Source: Octopus sinensis (lineage: Eukaryota). From it: 64,000 nucleotides of DNA. Positions 1-13,600 of the stretch are shown here, piece by piece (within the stretch, counting starts at the first letter, position 1; each line of letters starts with the position of its first letter). Both the position numbers and the translations under genes were made by a program. The stretch lies in contig NC_042997.1 in the NCBI RefSeq assembly GCF_006345805.1, positions 66,464,001 through 66,528,000 on the forward strand. The letters run 5' to 3'. The notes under the pieces are model-generated. The model was not told the DNA's origin and did not search any database. It saw only the letters and a program-made list of their open reading frames with translations.

Positions 1-688
1 GGGTCAAGGACCTCCAGTGACAGAGGTGTTAAAACAGTAACCTTTGAGCTGCATTTTCATCTTAGGGAAGAGATGGAAATCCACATGTGCTAGATCTGAT
101 CAATAGGATGGGTGCAGAAGTGATACCATGTTGTTTTTGGTTAGAAACTCATGAATGAGAAGAGTTTGGTGAAGAATCCAATTCTTCACACTCCACAGAT
201 CCAGTTGTTTTCACTGACTGTCCTCCCTCAAATGCTTGAAAATGTAGAACTCTCGATTGATGAATTCTTGAATGTACAATACTACATTTCTAGGGGTGAT
301 GCATATGGTAGGTCTTTCAGATCACTCATCATCTTCCAGGGACATTCTTCTGCTTTTGGAACACCTATGTCACTCGAAGCATTGCGTATAAGCCATTGCC
401 TCATCACTGTAGGCTTATCAAGGCATGGTCCATGTCTCTGTAGCAGACTTCCCAAGTTTAATGCAAAATTTCACATTAGCTCTTTGTTCATGTCCATGAC
501 AAAATCGCAGACTACAGCATACATGTGATCACAAAAACACAAATTTCACAAGCTGCAAAGTAAACACTGCGATGTCACTCAGCACACTGCCTCATGGTCA
601 CTGCTAGCTCTCACTGTGAAAACAACTTTGTGCTGCCATCTGTGAGTGTGCTACAGAACTAGTCCAGGAGCCTTTTGATACCTCCTCT
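1..688 (-). mobile_element. Degenerate, internally deleted mariner element
   Basis: Minus strand gives EQRANVKFCIKLGKSATET (N-terminal HTH) and FLTKNNMVSLLHPSY*SDLAHVDFHLFPKMK (YSPDLAP-like motif) with stops. Confidence 0.8.
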
Positions 689-1136
689 TAATCTTAATAA
701 TACTAAAACTCCAGGGATGTTTGTGTATACCCGAAATAATATATTTTATTTTAATTTTTTTTGCATATTTATTTTTATACTTACCTTCAGCAGTGCAGTA
801 CACATTTTTGTGACATTTGGACCTCTATTTATTAATGAAAACAAAAAGCACAAATTTTGTATTTACTCGTGACATCAACACACATAATGCATGTCATGGT
901 GTGTCAATCAGCACAAACACACATCCACTATCTGTGACATATACACACACATAGTCTTTGCCTTCTCTAAGAAAAAAAACATCGACTTTTTGACCTACAC
1001 AATATATTTTAATCAGTTAGAAATATTTTTAACTGAATGTGATTTCAAAAGTGTAAGTTGTTTGTACAGTAAGTCTTTATATTTTAGCTTTCTTTAAACA
1101 GACAATATCTTAATGTATTTTTTAATTATTTTCAAG

Positions 1137-1559
1137 TCATTAATTTCCGTAAAAGATTTTTATATATTTACTTTTGTTTTAAAGTGAAAGAGAGAAGAAA
1201 GTGAAAGATGTATGTGTATGTGAAATAGATGTGTGTGTGTGAAAGAGAAAGAGAGAAAGAGAGAGTGAGAGGAAGAGAGAAAGAAAAAGAGAAAGAGAGA
1301 GAGTGAAGGGGTGTGTTGTCCTGTATACATACATCAATACATATGTGTACATCTTTTTTGTATGTATGTGTGCATGTATGTGTATGTGAGAGAGAGAGAG
1401 TGAACATGTGTGTTCTCATGTATGTGTAAGTGGCACTCTCTCTCTCTCTCACACACACACACCCATTTCATACACATGTTCATACATCTTTCACTTTCTC
1501 CTCTCTTTCACTTTAAAACAAAAAGTAAATAAATAAAAAAAATTTACAGAAATTAATGA
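1137..1559. mobile_element. MITE-like fold-back element with ~95-bp imperfect arms
   Basis: tcattaatttc...aaagtgaaagatgtatg is inverted against catacatctttcactttc...gaaattaatga; one arm of the same family recurs at ~49890-50160. Confidence 0.65.
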
Positions 1560-1599
1560 ACAAAACCAACTAATCTGGATGACAGTTCTGAGAGTCAAA

Positions 1600-1948
1600 G
1601 TAAAAGATCGCCCCAAGGGAATACCATTACAAAAAGTTTTTCAAGTGCATTCAACATTCAACAGCTCCAAAGATTTGGCTGCTATTTCTAGCACACCCTG
1701 CTACCACGTAACAGCTATTTGTGATAAAGGACCCGAAATACCTGTTATGTGATGGCAGGGCATGCAAAAAAACGCAGCCAAATCTTTCCTTTTCTGGGAA
1801 AAGGAGCTATTTATGCATGATTTTGATGTCACATTCGTTGAAAGCATGCAAAATAACCTGGAAAAGAATAAAAAATCCCATGAAACAAAACTCCGTCACT
1901 GGGAAACTCAGACTTTCCAGGTGACCCAGCGGGTCACAGGTAGTCTAG
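1600..1948 (+). mobile_element. Helitron 3' end
   Basis: Hairpin gtgaccc-agc-gggtcac (1921-1937) followed by CTAG|T at 1945-1949; 5' extent uncertain. Confidence 0.65.
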
Positions 1949-2189
1949 TATATAATGTGTGTGTATGTAGATGGGAAAACACACCTTGTAAATTATTAGC
2001 TATATTGTCATAAACAAATTAGTGTTGTCATTTTAAACCATGAAAAATCTGTTTCTCACTTTTAGTAATGTCTGTAAATGTCTGCCTCTGTATTGTATAT
2101 CAAATGTTCATTATATGAGACTCTTTGATGATGTAAATTATATTTTATATTTTAACCATTTGCTTAATTCGTTTTTCATTCCTATCTAG

Positions 2190-2282
2190 AATAACAACTT
2201 GTGCACACTACCAATGCTTTTAGACAACTATATACCTCCAATGGAAAATTTGCCTCTTTTTATTCTGCGAATTGCTACAGAG
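2190..2282 (+). CDS. MLH1: MLH1 DNA mismatch repair protein, third-last coding exon (phase 0-0, 93 nt)
   Basis: Acceptor ctatctag|, donor |gtaaaa; translates [31 protein letters not shown], matching human MLH1 ...[25 protein letters not shown]. Confidence 0.96.
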
Positions 2283-2792
2283 GTAAAAAACCCTCAATTT
2301 TCTCTCTTTTTCTCTTTTCAAATTACTTCTACTAGTTTAAATGTTCGGATTGCAACCATGCTGAGGCACCACATTCTAGAATTTTAGTTAACTTTATTGG
2401 TTTCAAACTTTGACACAAGGCCAGCAATTTCAGAGAAGGGGCTAAGTCAATTACATCAGCCCCAGTGCCCAACTTGTTCTTATTTTATCAACCCTGAAAA
2501 GATGAAAAGAAAAGTTGACCTTGGTGGAATTTGAACTCAGATCGTAAAAATGTACAAAATGCTATTAAGCATTTTGCCTTCTTTGCTAATGATTCTGTCA
2601 GCTCACCTCCTTAGTTAATTTTTTAGTTACTCCAGTACTTTTATTTTTATTTTTATTGACATTTACCTCAATATTGACTGAAACGTTTCTTCTGATTGTG
2701 TAACCAAGTGTGAGATATTGTGATGAAGATTAAACCTAAACAGAGTCCTACTTGCCTTATAATCGTGGCTGTTGTGTTTCATTTTATTACAG

Positions 2793-2885
2793 GTGAATTG
2801 GGATGTTGAGAAAGAATGTTTCATGACATTCTGTAAAGAAGCCAGTGAGTTTTATGTCTTAAAGAAAAGTGTGCTTGTAGAACAG
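2793..2885 (+). CDS. MLH1: MLH1 penultimate coding exon (phase 0-0, 93 nt)
   Basis: Acceptor ttttattacag|, donor |gtgagg; VNWDVEKECFMTFCKEASEFYVLKKSVLVEQ matches human [21 protein letters not shown]. Confidence 0.96.
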
Positions 2886-3727
2886 GTGAGGCATGATATT
2901 TTCATTAATGATGTCCACTCATTAAAGGATGCTCTTGTTTTGCTGGTGTTACTATTGCCACCATTCATTCATTCATTATTATTATTATTATTATTATTCG
3001 TCTTCCAGGCATTCTATATGTGACCATCCAGATTTGTTTTGTTGTTTTTTGTTTACAGCTATATTGTCTCTAGATCTATATCACCCAATATGTCCTTTCC
3101 TATTTTTAAAAAAGGGAAGAATGTGATACAAGGAAAATTTAGCTGGTATTTTTAGCAGGATGACCAACCATGTAGAGGCTTTCTTATTTACTCATAATTA
3201 TTATCATAGTAATTGCTGTTTTTAATGTTTCAGTTGTCATTAATGGTGATGTTGGTAGTGGTGATGCTGCTGCTGCTGTTGTTAAGAAATTGTTGTTACT
3301 ATTGATTTTGCTACTGTAATTGTTGTTTTTATTACCATTGTTGATGACGTTGTGGCTATCATTTTTGTTATTGACTTGACTTTTACATGAAATACATGGT
3401 AAATTCCATATTTGTAGCTTCCCACAAAAAGATGTAGGATTAGCTTTAACACTGGACCAACTTTTATTTGAGTATATCTAGTAATTTCTATCACCCAAGA
3501 ATGAGGGCAGATATTTTTTCTTTTATGATTTAGTCTTAAGAGGAAGGACAGAGTCAGTACTGTTTTTTTTTTTTTGGTGAGGGGGTTGTGTGTTAAGAAG
3601 CTTTGCTTCCCAACTACATGGTTCCGAGTTCAATCTTCCTGCGTGACATCTTGGGCAAGTATCCTCTACTATAACCTCAGGTTGACCCAAAGCCTTATGA
3701 GTGGATTTGATGGACAGAAACTGAAAG

Positions 3728-3957
3728 GCGGTAAGCTGGCAGAAACGTTAGCACGCTGGACGAAATGCTTAGCGGTATTTCATCTGCCGCTACGTTCTGA
3801 GTTCAAATTCCGCCGAGGTTCACTTTGCCTTTCATCCTTTCGGGGTCAATTAAATAAGTACCAGTTATGTACTGGGGTCAATATAATCGACTTAATCCGT
3901 TTGTCTGTCCTTGTTTGTCCCCTCTGTGTGTAGCCCCTTGTGGGCAGTAAAGAAATA
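3728..3957 (+). mobile_element. tRNA-derived SINE (family B) nested inside a family A SINE
   Basis: Head gcggtaagctggcagaaacgttagc...gagttcaaattcc; flanked by a 12-bp duplication agaaactgaaag (3716-3727, 3958-3969). Other family B copies at ~2350-2610, 35065-35530, 40540-40690, 44585-45210. Confidence 0.85.
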
Positions 3958-4200
3958 AGAAACTGAAAGAAACCCATCATATATGTGTGTGTGTTTGTCT
4001 CCCCCTCACCACTTAACAATCAGTATTGGTGTGTTTACATCCCTGTAACTTAGCAGTTCAGCAATAGAGATTGATAGAATAAGTACCACGATTCAAAAAA
4101 AAGTACTGGGGTCAATTTATTCAACTAAAATTCTTCAAGGCAGAGCCCTGGCATGGCTGCAGTCAAATGACTGAAACAAGTAAAAGATAAAAGATAAAGA

Positions 4201-4597
4201 CAGGCGCAGGCATGGCTGTGTGGTAAGAAGCTTGCTTTCCAACCATATTGTTCCAGGTTCAATCCCACTGCATGGCACCTTGGGCAAATGTCTTTTTCTA
4301 TAGCCTTGGGCCAACCAATGCCTTGTGAATGGATTTGGTAGACAGAAACTGAAAGAAGCTCATTGTATATATGTATCTGTGTGTGTGTGTGTCTATGTTT
4401 GTTCCCCCATCACCATTTAACAACCAGTGTTGGTGTGTTTCCAACTCCGTAACTTAATGGTTCAGCAAAAGAGATCAATAGAATGAGTACTTGGCTTAAA
4501 AATGTGTTGGGGTTGATACATTCAACTAAAAGTTCTTCAAGGCAGTGCGCCAGTATGGCCACAGTCTAATAACTGAAAAAAATAAAAGATAAAAGAC
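4201..4597 (+). mobile_element. tRNA-derived SINE (family A)
   Basis: Head ggcgcaggcatggctgtgtggtaagaagcttgc, core ccttgtga...ggtagacagaaactgaaagaagc, tail gactgaaa...aaaagat. Confidence 0.85.
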
Positions 4598-4859
4598 ATA
4601 AATATGAGATTAGTAGAATGAAGCAAGGAAGGTTTTGGTATCCTCTGAAATCTGGTTCAAATCCTTGTGACATAGTAAACGCCACTGAATGTATTTAAGA
4701 TGATGGTATTAAACCAAGCAATGAATTAGGCTTATCTCTCAAGCTACTAAATGGTGTTGACAACAACATGTCCCTTAACTCCTTGGGAGTCGATGGGATG
4801 TTGCAGCCATGTAGCATATCTAGGGCAAAAGAGCCTGGCAGAGCCCATCCCTCTTTAGA

Positions 4860-5162
4860 CTAAACTCATTTCTTTCCAGCTGCGTGGACTGGAACAATGT
4901 GAAATGAAGTGTTTTGCTCAAGAATGAAATGGATTGCCCAGTCCAGGGATCAAAATCAAAATCTTACTGCCACAAATCCAACACCCTAATCACTAAGCAA
5001 TGCACCTCCACTTGTGATACTTATTGCTGCAGCTGAGTGAACTGGAGCAACATGAAGTGAAGTGTTTTACTCGAAAACAACACGTTGCCTGCTCTAGGAA
5101 TCGAAACCACAATCTTATGGCTGCGAGCCCAACACCCTAAGCATTAAGCCATGCGCCTCCAC
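4860..5162 (-). mobile_element. Two tandem tRNA-headed SINE fragments (family C)
   Basis: Reverse-complement heads ggaggcgcatggcttaatgcttagggtgttgggctc...gtttcgattcc; related copies at ~10440-10575, 18400-18575, 22360-22640, 23360-23660, 46990-47310. Confidence 0.7.
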
Positions 5163-6569
5163 CTAAATGGTGCAGAAATACCTAATATGCTCTAGAGATA
5201 TAGTATAATGTTGGTGAGAGATGTGTTTCTAATGAATCACTTTCCATACTTACGGATGTAAGCTTTTACCAAGTATACTAGCTCAAATTGTTGATTGAAT
5301 TTCTTCAGCAGACTTAACATCTCAATCAAATAGTTGACAGAATAAGATAGATAATTACACTATTTAAAATAAGAATTGGAAACCAATAAGTTAATAGACA
5401 GGGTAAACATAACATAAAAGAAGCATACAAGTACAATGGAGTTGGTGAAAAAAATGTTTAGAGCATACAAAAGAAACCAAGAGCAGTTTCACCTTTGGTT
5501 CTGAGATATTCAACTGGAAAGTTCTGTTAGGAGAGAACAAAGTAAAAGGGAAATTGCCAAATGATATTGATACATGCTAGTGTTTAGCAACTATTCCAAT
5601 AAGCCATTAAATCATCTTCTCATTATCGTTACTCTTATATATTGATTCTACATCTGGTCTTTGAACTGTAACCTTTGATATGTTTCTAGAAAACATTAAG
5701 TAACATTTTAATCTTATTCTTTCAGAAGGTTTTTTTTTTGCTTCTTTCATTTGTTTCATAACTGACAAAAGACTTATCATTATATTGAAAACTTGTTTTG
5801 GTTCTGTAGCTTATTTCTTTTTTAATGATAGTTGTTGCCTCTGTTGTTGTGAACTCCAATCAACCTAGGTTGAAAAGACCTAAAGCATGTAGGTAGTCAA
5901 TCAGATGACTAGGTACAATCCACAGATTCCATGTTTCAAAGACACCAAGCCTCCAGTAGTAGCAATACCCTGTAATTACATAAAGAGTGGTTTATAGTCC
6001 AGTGTAGCAGTCCAACCATGTTGTTTTGTGTCGTCGTCATCATCATTTAACATCCGTTTTCCATGCTGGCATGGATTGGACGGTTTGACTGAAAACTGGT
6101 AAGCTGCATCAGGTTCCAATCTGATTTGGCAAGATGTCTACAGCTGGATGCCATTCCTAATGCCAACCACTCCCAGAGTGTAGTGGATGCTTTTTACATG
6201 CTACCAGCATGGGTGCCAGTTAGGAAACACTGGCATTGGCCACAACTGCAATCTCACTTGGCTTAATAAGTCTTCTCAAGCGCAGTATATTGCCAAAGTT
6301 CTCTGTCACCTGTCACTACATCTGTGAGGCCCTAAAGTTTGAAGTGTGCTTTTTACATCCCAGTTATGCAACACTGGCATCAGCCACAACTACAATTTTA
6401 CTTGGCTTGACAGGTCTTCTGCAGTACAGCATGTGTATTGGTTATTATTGTTTATGTATGAATTGAGGATGGTGTTTTAGTTGCATAACTCCAGTCTTTG
6501 TTTGGTTGAAAGCTTTTCTAGGGAGTATGCAGGATGGTCTACATGTCAGTGTATGCATCATCAAGCCTT

Positions 6570-6830
6570 ACCTCAAAGTGTTTGGTGATTGTACAGTAGC
6601 CCTGCTGCTGCTGTAGAATCAGTGCTAATGTATGGGACCACTGCTTGAACATTTATAAAATATCTAAAGGCAAGGCTTAAAGGTGCTTACACCTGCATGT
6701 TAGGGGTTATTCCAAATATCTCACGGAATAGACATCCACCCTAACAAAACTGTATGGCAACTCTCTTGCAATTACTGATTGCTACAGAGCTGAAAAAGAA
6801 CTTAACCTGTGATATACTCTGTTAGTCATT
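6570..6830 (+). mobile_element. RTE-type LINE ORF 3' fragment
   Basis: Degenerate AVESVLMYG...GAYTCML...HPP...LYG...CYRAEKEL, typical of the RTE C-terminus. Confidence 0.55.
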
Positions 6831-8479
6831 CCAACATGAATATACTTGGGTCAGTTGTCTAGCAAAAACCAGCTTTGCTGACCATCTGAACATATGCAGG
6901 ACCATGCTATGATTGAGTCAGACAAATTTGAGCAAGCTTGACCAGTTGATTAATTCCAGATCATTTCTGTTTGGACAAAAAGTTGGCCAAATGCAAATAA
7001 CTAGGTGTGACCACACATTTGTTTTTCCAGATATACAATGACTCTACCTTGTTGAGAACCACACTACACATTATGCCATGCAATAGTAAATCAAACAACA
7101 TGCAGTGTGACAGTATGGATACTTTGCACTCTCCTGTAGACCTGTACATTCTGGTGTGACTACTGCTAAGTCAAGCACTTATTATCAGAGGCTTGCATCA
7201 CAGTGCAGTGCTTGGAGCTATGGTGGCTGTCAGTGTTGCAACTGTGTGTGTGTGTGTGTGTTCATGTGTTGTTTGTATCATTTTTTTGGCAGAGAGTGTT
7301 CATAAGATGTTGTAGTTGTGTTCTGGACGTTTAGAGGTAATGTTTTTCATGTATTATAGCAGACAGGGTGTTTTAGTGTTGGAGTTTACTACTAATATTT
7401 TTTATCCTAAAACAAAGATGCTATGTGAAAAGCAATGGCATGAGTGCTGGTACCACATAAAAAGCACTGGTGCTGGTGCCACATAAAAAGTGCTGGTGAT
7501 GGTGCCATGTAAAAAGCACCCAATACACTCTGTGAAGTGGTTGACATTAGAAAGGGCATCCAATCATAGAAACCAAACCAAGATAGACTATGGAACCTGG
7601 TGTGGCCACTGGCCTTGCCAGTTCCAGTCAAGCTGTCCAACCCATGCCAGCATGGAAAATATATGTTAAGTGTTGATGATGATGATGATGATGACATTGC
7701 TCTCTGATAAGGGTAATGTGAACTTGGTATATATTATTTGAAATTTGCTTTGGACCTAGTTTCTAGGTAATTGATGGGGGTTTTGTGCAGCTGTGTCTCA
7801 AAAGTAACAGAAGGATGGAATGAACTCTACAATCACGAAGGGCAACACTCATGACATCTTTGCTGGGACTCTGAGATAGGTGAAAGAAAAGACAGTTAAA
7901 ATGCCAACACATGGGTTATCTTTAGACCTGATCTAAATGCCTGCAAGCATGCGAACTCTCATAAGACGCCAAAAGACTCAGTCAGTTGATACCCTATGTG
8001 AAAGATTTCGGGGCTAAATTTTATGTGTTGACTATTACTTGGATTCCACTCATGAGATGCTACAATCAAGTATAACCCATAGTACCATAGATGATTTCTT
8101 AAATGAATAGAGGAAGAAAACAAGGAATTACTTTAATTATAGCAATAGTTATCCAGTATAGGTATTAATACAGTCATGCTAATAAGTAAATATGACCCTG
8201 TAACTTACGACTATTTATACTTGCTATTTTACTCATATCCGTCCCACTTGACCAGCTGCCTTCATCCAAGTTGCATTCATTACAGTATTGTATATAGCTG
8301 ATGAATTTTAGTTTCTAATTAGGCTGTTCAGGACAGTTTAAGTCTGTAAATATTAAAACAAAAATATAAATACAGTGGATGAAAATTAATTTGCTAGATT
8401 TACTTATGTATACAAAATGAAGATAGAAATTTAATATGGTTTTAAATTACAATTATGTGGTAAATCTTAAAACATTTCA

Positions 8480-9060
8480 GGTATGAAACTGCATTGAATT
8501 GATTCAAAATCTCATTGTTCATCATTTCAACACTGACAAAAAATTTTGTTAATCAGGGTAAATAATATCATTATATGTAGCTTCTTTATCATCACTGTTA
8601 TTATAGATTGTACATCATCTGCTATTTCTTCATTGTCATTGTCCTATAAGATATTCATCCTCAATGCATTCAAAATTCCACATTTCTTGAGTGATTTGTC
8701 AGCTTTTAAATTTCTTCCATGAATTAACAATCCATTCACAGATAAGAAATAGTGATGGTGCTGGTTTATTGCCTCCTTTCATGAATGATATTAGTTTATC
8801 ACTCATCTTGTTACTCCCTTTCATTCTCGTCATCTTATTAAATGGCTTATTAATACCAATATATAATGGTTGCAAAACACTTGTAAGCTTGCCAGGAATT
8901 ATTGCTACATCCAGTGTTATGTGATTAGACATTATCAACAATACTCTTCAGTTGATAACCTAAATCAATTGCAAACTCTTTTCCCTCCATTGTCCACAAG
9001 TTATAAATTCCAAACTTCCTTTATCCATTTTCTATGTCTATTTTCATCCATCCAGCATTT
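8480..9060 (-). mobile_element. pogo/Tigger-like DDE transposase remnant, cut by a LINE-tail insertion at ~9068
   Basis: ORF 8699-8941 IIPGKLTSVLQPLYIGINKPF...GGNKPAPSLFLICEWIVNSWK resembles the DDE_1 IPGGLTSVLQPLDV.INKPFK motif; upstream GWMK...WIKEVW. Confidence 0.8.
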
Positions 9061-9067
9061 TGGTTAC

Positions 9068-9530
9068 ATCATCATTATCATCATTGTTTAACGTCCGCTT
9101 TCCATGCTAGCATGGGTTGGACGATTTGACTGAGGACTGGCGAACCAGATGGCTGCACCAGACTCCAATCTGATCTGGCAGAGTTTCTACAGCTGGATGC
9201 CCTTCCTAACGCCAACCACTCTGAGAGTGTAGTGGGTGCTTTTATGTGCCATCGGCACGAGGGCCAGTCAGGTATTTTTTACGTGCCACCTGCATAGGAG
9301 CCAGTCCAGTGGCACTGGCGATGACCTCGCTCGAATGTTTTTCACGTGCCACCAGCACAAGTGCCAGTAAGGTGATGATGGTAATGATCATGCTTGAATG
9401 GTGTTTTTTACGTGCCACCGACATGGAAGCCAGTTAGCTGCTCTGGCAACGATCATGCTCAGATGGTGCTCTTAGCACTCCACTAGCACGGATGCCAGTC
9501 ATCGAATTTGTTTTCGATTTCACTTTTACA
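9068..9530 (-). mobile_element. 3' tail of an abundant RTE-like LINE (family D), 5'-truncated
   Basis: Tail ...ccaacccatgctagcatggaaagcggacgttaaa(c/t)gatgatgat; further copies at ~6045-6440, 7430-7695, 11200-11740, 12120-12380, 23945-24110, 32270-32790, 63735-63990. Confidence 0.8.
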
Positions 9531-11779
9531 TATGTACAATAATTCTTTTGGGAAATTTTTCCTTTGACATAGTTTTTCTCTTTAAAACAAACATTAGTTT
9601 TTATTTAGCTCCATCTGCTATACAAAAAAGAACTAATTTAATTTCCACCAGTATTTTTTCTCTCCTAGTATTTTACTGATCATTTTTTGTGGCTTAACAA
9701 GAATAAAAAGTGCCTCAACCATGTTTTCAATACAACTTTCCTACTGTGATTTCTGATTTGAAACTGGTGAAATGCTAATATCTTATTTAAATCAGCAAGC
9801 AGCCCTTCATTATTATCGTCATTGTTTTAACCTCCTCTTTTCCATGCTTGCATGGCTTAGGCAGATTTTATTGAGGCAGATTTTCTACAGCCTGATGACC
9901 TTCCTTCACCAACACCTGTTTCCAAATAAGATCTTCTCACAGAATATTGGAAATGAATGACACTGCCTGTTAACTGTGACAATCATTTTACAACTACCAC
10001 ACAATGTTAAGACAAGAAATCACAAACACACACACACACACACATATATATACAAAGGGTTTCTTTCACTTTCTGTCTACCAACCAAATCCACTAACAAA
10101 GCTTTTTGACAGCCCAGGGCTACAGTTGAAGACACTTTCCCAAAGTGCCATGCAGTTAGGACAAAACTCAGAACCATGTGGTGGGGAGCAAACTTCTTAC
10201 CACACAGCCATGCCTGCACTTATGCGTTCTTGTTTCAAATTCCACCAAGATCAATTTTGCCTTTTGTTATTCCAGGCTTAATAAAATTAAGTGCCAGTCA
10301 ATGACTGGGGTTAACTTGATTGACTATATCCTGCCCTAAAATGTATGGTCTTGTACCTTAAAGTTACTTTCTTGAGTCATGCTGACTCACAAGGACCAGT
10401 TTCTTGGTTTCATGGCATATATATTCCACACCTGGATGGGACACCAGGCCATCTCAGGATTACTTATTTTTGCCAGCTGAGTGGACTGAACGTAATGCAT
10501 CACCCAGTCCAGAAATTGAAACCACAATTTTACGATCCTGAGTTCAACACCCTAACCACTAAGCCATGTGCCTCCACTGGTCTTGTACCAATGTTTGATA
10601 TTAAAATTTAGTTTCTATCCTCTGTTATGTACCAGTAATTTTTTAGTTTGATTTCAATTCACAACATCCTCCTAGAAATTTGTGGCCTTGTGTCAAAATG
10701 AGATTTCAGGATGCAGTATTAGAAAGAACTAGATTAAATAGCTTAAGGTATAGTCTTTGAGTTCAAATCTCATAAGATTGGACAAAACTAAGAGTCAGTA
10801 ATGTACAGTGGCCAGCTGTATTGTTCTTCTGACAAACACTAATCTTTTGTCAATATATAAGAAATTAATAGTTAGTAATAGAAGTTAGTAATGATGTTAG
10901 TAATAGAAGCATTTAGTGTTTAGCTTGTTGTTGTTGCTGTTATTTTTGTTATTGTTGTTTGGTGACAGCAGTGACCATGAAGGAGGAGGACAGAGCAGTA
11001 TATTCAGCAGTGATCCCTGATCATATTTAGCTATTGATATCACATGTTTATTGACATCCAATACATGTATTATCTGATACTCAGTTTGAAATCCAAATTT
11101 TATGATTTCTTGCATCTGACATCATTCATCTATTTATTTTTACTCTTTTTTCTATTGTGATGATATTTTGTTTCATTTGCCATGTGTGTGTGTATGTATA
11201 TCATCATCATCATGTTCATCATCATTATCATTATCTTTTAACGTCTGTTTTCCATGCTGGCATGAGTTGGATGGTTTGACCAGAGCTGGCAAGCTAGACA
11301 GCCATACCAGTTTCCAGTCAGATTTTGCTTGGTTTCTATGGCTGGATACCCTTCCTAACACCAACCACTTTACAGTGTGTGTATGTTGATTGCTTTTAAC
11401 ATGGCACCACCATTAGTGCTTTTATGTGGCACAGGCACAAGTGCTTTTTATGTAGTACTGGTACAGAGCTCTTGCAGACCAATCCTCTTCACCAGGGGGA
11501 ACAGCATCAACACTTCTGCTGTGGAGGATGGGTCCTCTTGAGTACATCAAGGCACCAGGTATACCAGTCCTTTGTCACCTCCTCCAAAAGGTTCAGTGTC
11601 CTGAGGTTGTTCTTCAGTACTTCATCCCATGTCTTCTTGGTTTCCCCCTTCCACAAGTCCCATCTATTTTGAGTGATTGGCCCTTCTTTATGAAGTTGTT
11701 GACATCCATCCACATCACTTGACCAAACCAGCACACTAACTTTTCTCTAAACACACACATATGCATGCATGCGCACACA

Positions 11780-11818
<39 letters not shown>

Positions 11819-12388
11819 ACACACACATACGTGCATACATGCCTCCATTCCTTCCAACTGTACAAGTATTTCAATGCATCAGTATTTCCTCAAAGGGGAA
11901 AGAATACTGATGTATTGAAACATTTGTACAGTTTGAAGTAGCATTCTGCGTGGTAATGAGAACTAAACATGAGCACTGATATACAAAGGTTCAAATAAAA
12001 TGAAATGAGCATGATCCACTGGATATGTCATGTTAGCATGTATGAATGACAAGGCACAGAGGAGTTAAGACAAAAAAAAAACGAATATAAGTCGAATCAC
12101 TTGTAATGTGCAGGGGTGATGGTTACAGTGGTATGAATATGTCCTGCATGTGGATGATGAGAAGTAGATGAAATGCCAAGAGGTTCACATGGAAGGAACC
12201 AATGGAAGAAAAACAGCAAAGAAGATAAGGGCAGAAATGATTAAAGTTGATGTCAAGAAGCTGAAACTCACAAAGGGGATGACCAAGGACCTCCTCAAGT
12301 GTTGGGATGATGTGTTGGAGAGCATGCATCCAACCCATGCAAGCATGAAAGAGCAGTTGTAAAAATGATGATGATGATGTTGAGGATG

Positions 12389-12423
<35 letters not shown>

Positions 12424-12482
12424 GTGTGTGTGTGTGTGGATGTATGTATGTATATATGTATGTAGATGTATGTGTATGTGTT

Positions 12483-12551
12483 GGGCAGTTTAGCTTAATG
12501 AGAGAATACTCAGCTGGTATCCGAGGGATATGGGTTCAAGTCCCATAGCTG
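12483..12551 (+). pseudogene. tRNA-like sequence (degenerate SINE head or tRNA pseudogene)
   Basis: gggcagtttagcttaatg...gggttcaagtccc carries A- and B-box-like motifs; I could not build a good cloverleaf. Confidence 0.4.
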
Positions 12552-12786
12552 TATATTGACAATTGTTTTCTGTCTTATAAGGGTAATAATACCCAATCTT
12601 TCTGCTGTTTTCACAGCTATACTGCATCCGAAATATTATCTTCTATTTTGTATAATACAATACATATTCAGTGCTTCAAAAGACAAAATGAAAAATTTGA
12701 TTACATATGTTGTTGTTGCATATATATATATAGATAGATAGATAATGACATGTGTGTGTGTATATATATGTATGTATATATATATA

Positions 12787-12824
<38 letters not shown>

Positions 12825-12884
12825 GTATATATATGTATATGTATATATATGTTTGTATGTGTTTGTGTGTGTGTGTGTGTATAT

Positions 12885-13600
12885 ATGAAGACAGCTGTGG
12901 GAAGAAGTGTCACATCCTAACAGTGGAAGAAACCTGTAGAAGAGATAGATCCAAGAAGACATGGGATGAAGTGGTGAAGCACAACCTTCAAATGTTGGGT
13001 CTCACAGAGGCAATGACAAGCAACTGAGATGTTTGGAGAAATGCTGTGATTGAGAAAACTCAGCAAGTCAAGTGAGATCATAGCCATGGCCAATGCCTGT
13101 GTTGAATACCTGGTCCATTTAAAAGTACCCTTCAATCATCAGGCAATATGCTGTGCTTGAGAAGAACTGTTGAGTTAAGCAAAATTGTAATGATGGTTGA
13201 TGCCAGTGCCACCTGACTGGCACATAAAAGCACCATTCGAGTGTGGTTGATACCAGTGCTGCCTGACTGGCTCCTGTGCCGGTGGCACATAAAAGCACCA
13301 TTCGAGCATGGTCGATGCCAGTGCTACCTGACTGGCTTCCATGCTGGTGGCACATAAAATGTAATATTTGAGTGTGGTTGATGGCAGTGCTGCTTGAGTG
13401 GCCCCTGTGCCGGTGGCACATAAAAAACACCCACTACACTCTTGGAGTGATTGGTGTTAGGAAGGGCATCCAGCTGTAGAAACCTTGCCAAATCAAATTG
13501 GAGCTTGGTGCAGCCTCCTGGCTTGCCAGTCCTCAGTCAAACTGTCCAACCCATGCCAGCATGGAAAGTGACATTAAATGATGAAGATAATGATGATGAT
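12885..13600 (+). mobile_element. Family D RTE-like LINE 3' end (ORF end, 3' UTR, (GAT)n tail)
   Basis: EDSCGKKCHILTVEETCRRDRSKKTWDEVVKHNLQMLGLTEAMT followed by the conserved tail. Confidence 0.8.

Noticed and set aside
151-528. 125-aa plus-strand ORF
   Set aside because: It is the antisense of a decayed mariner transposase; no protein motif in this frame.
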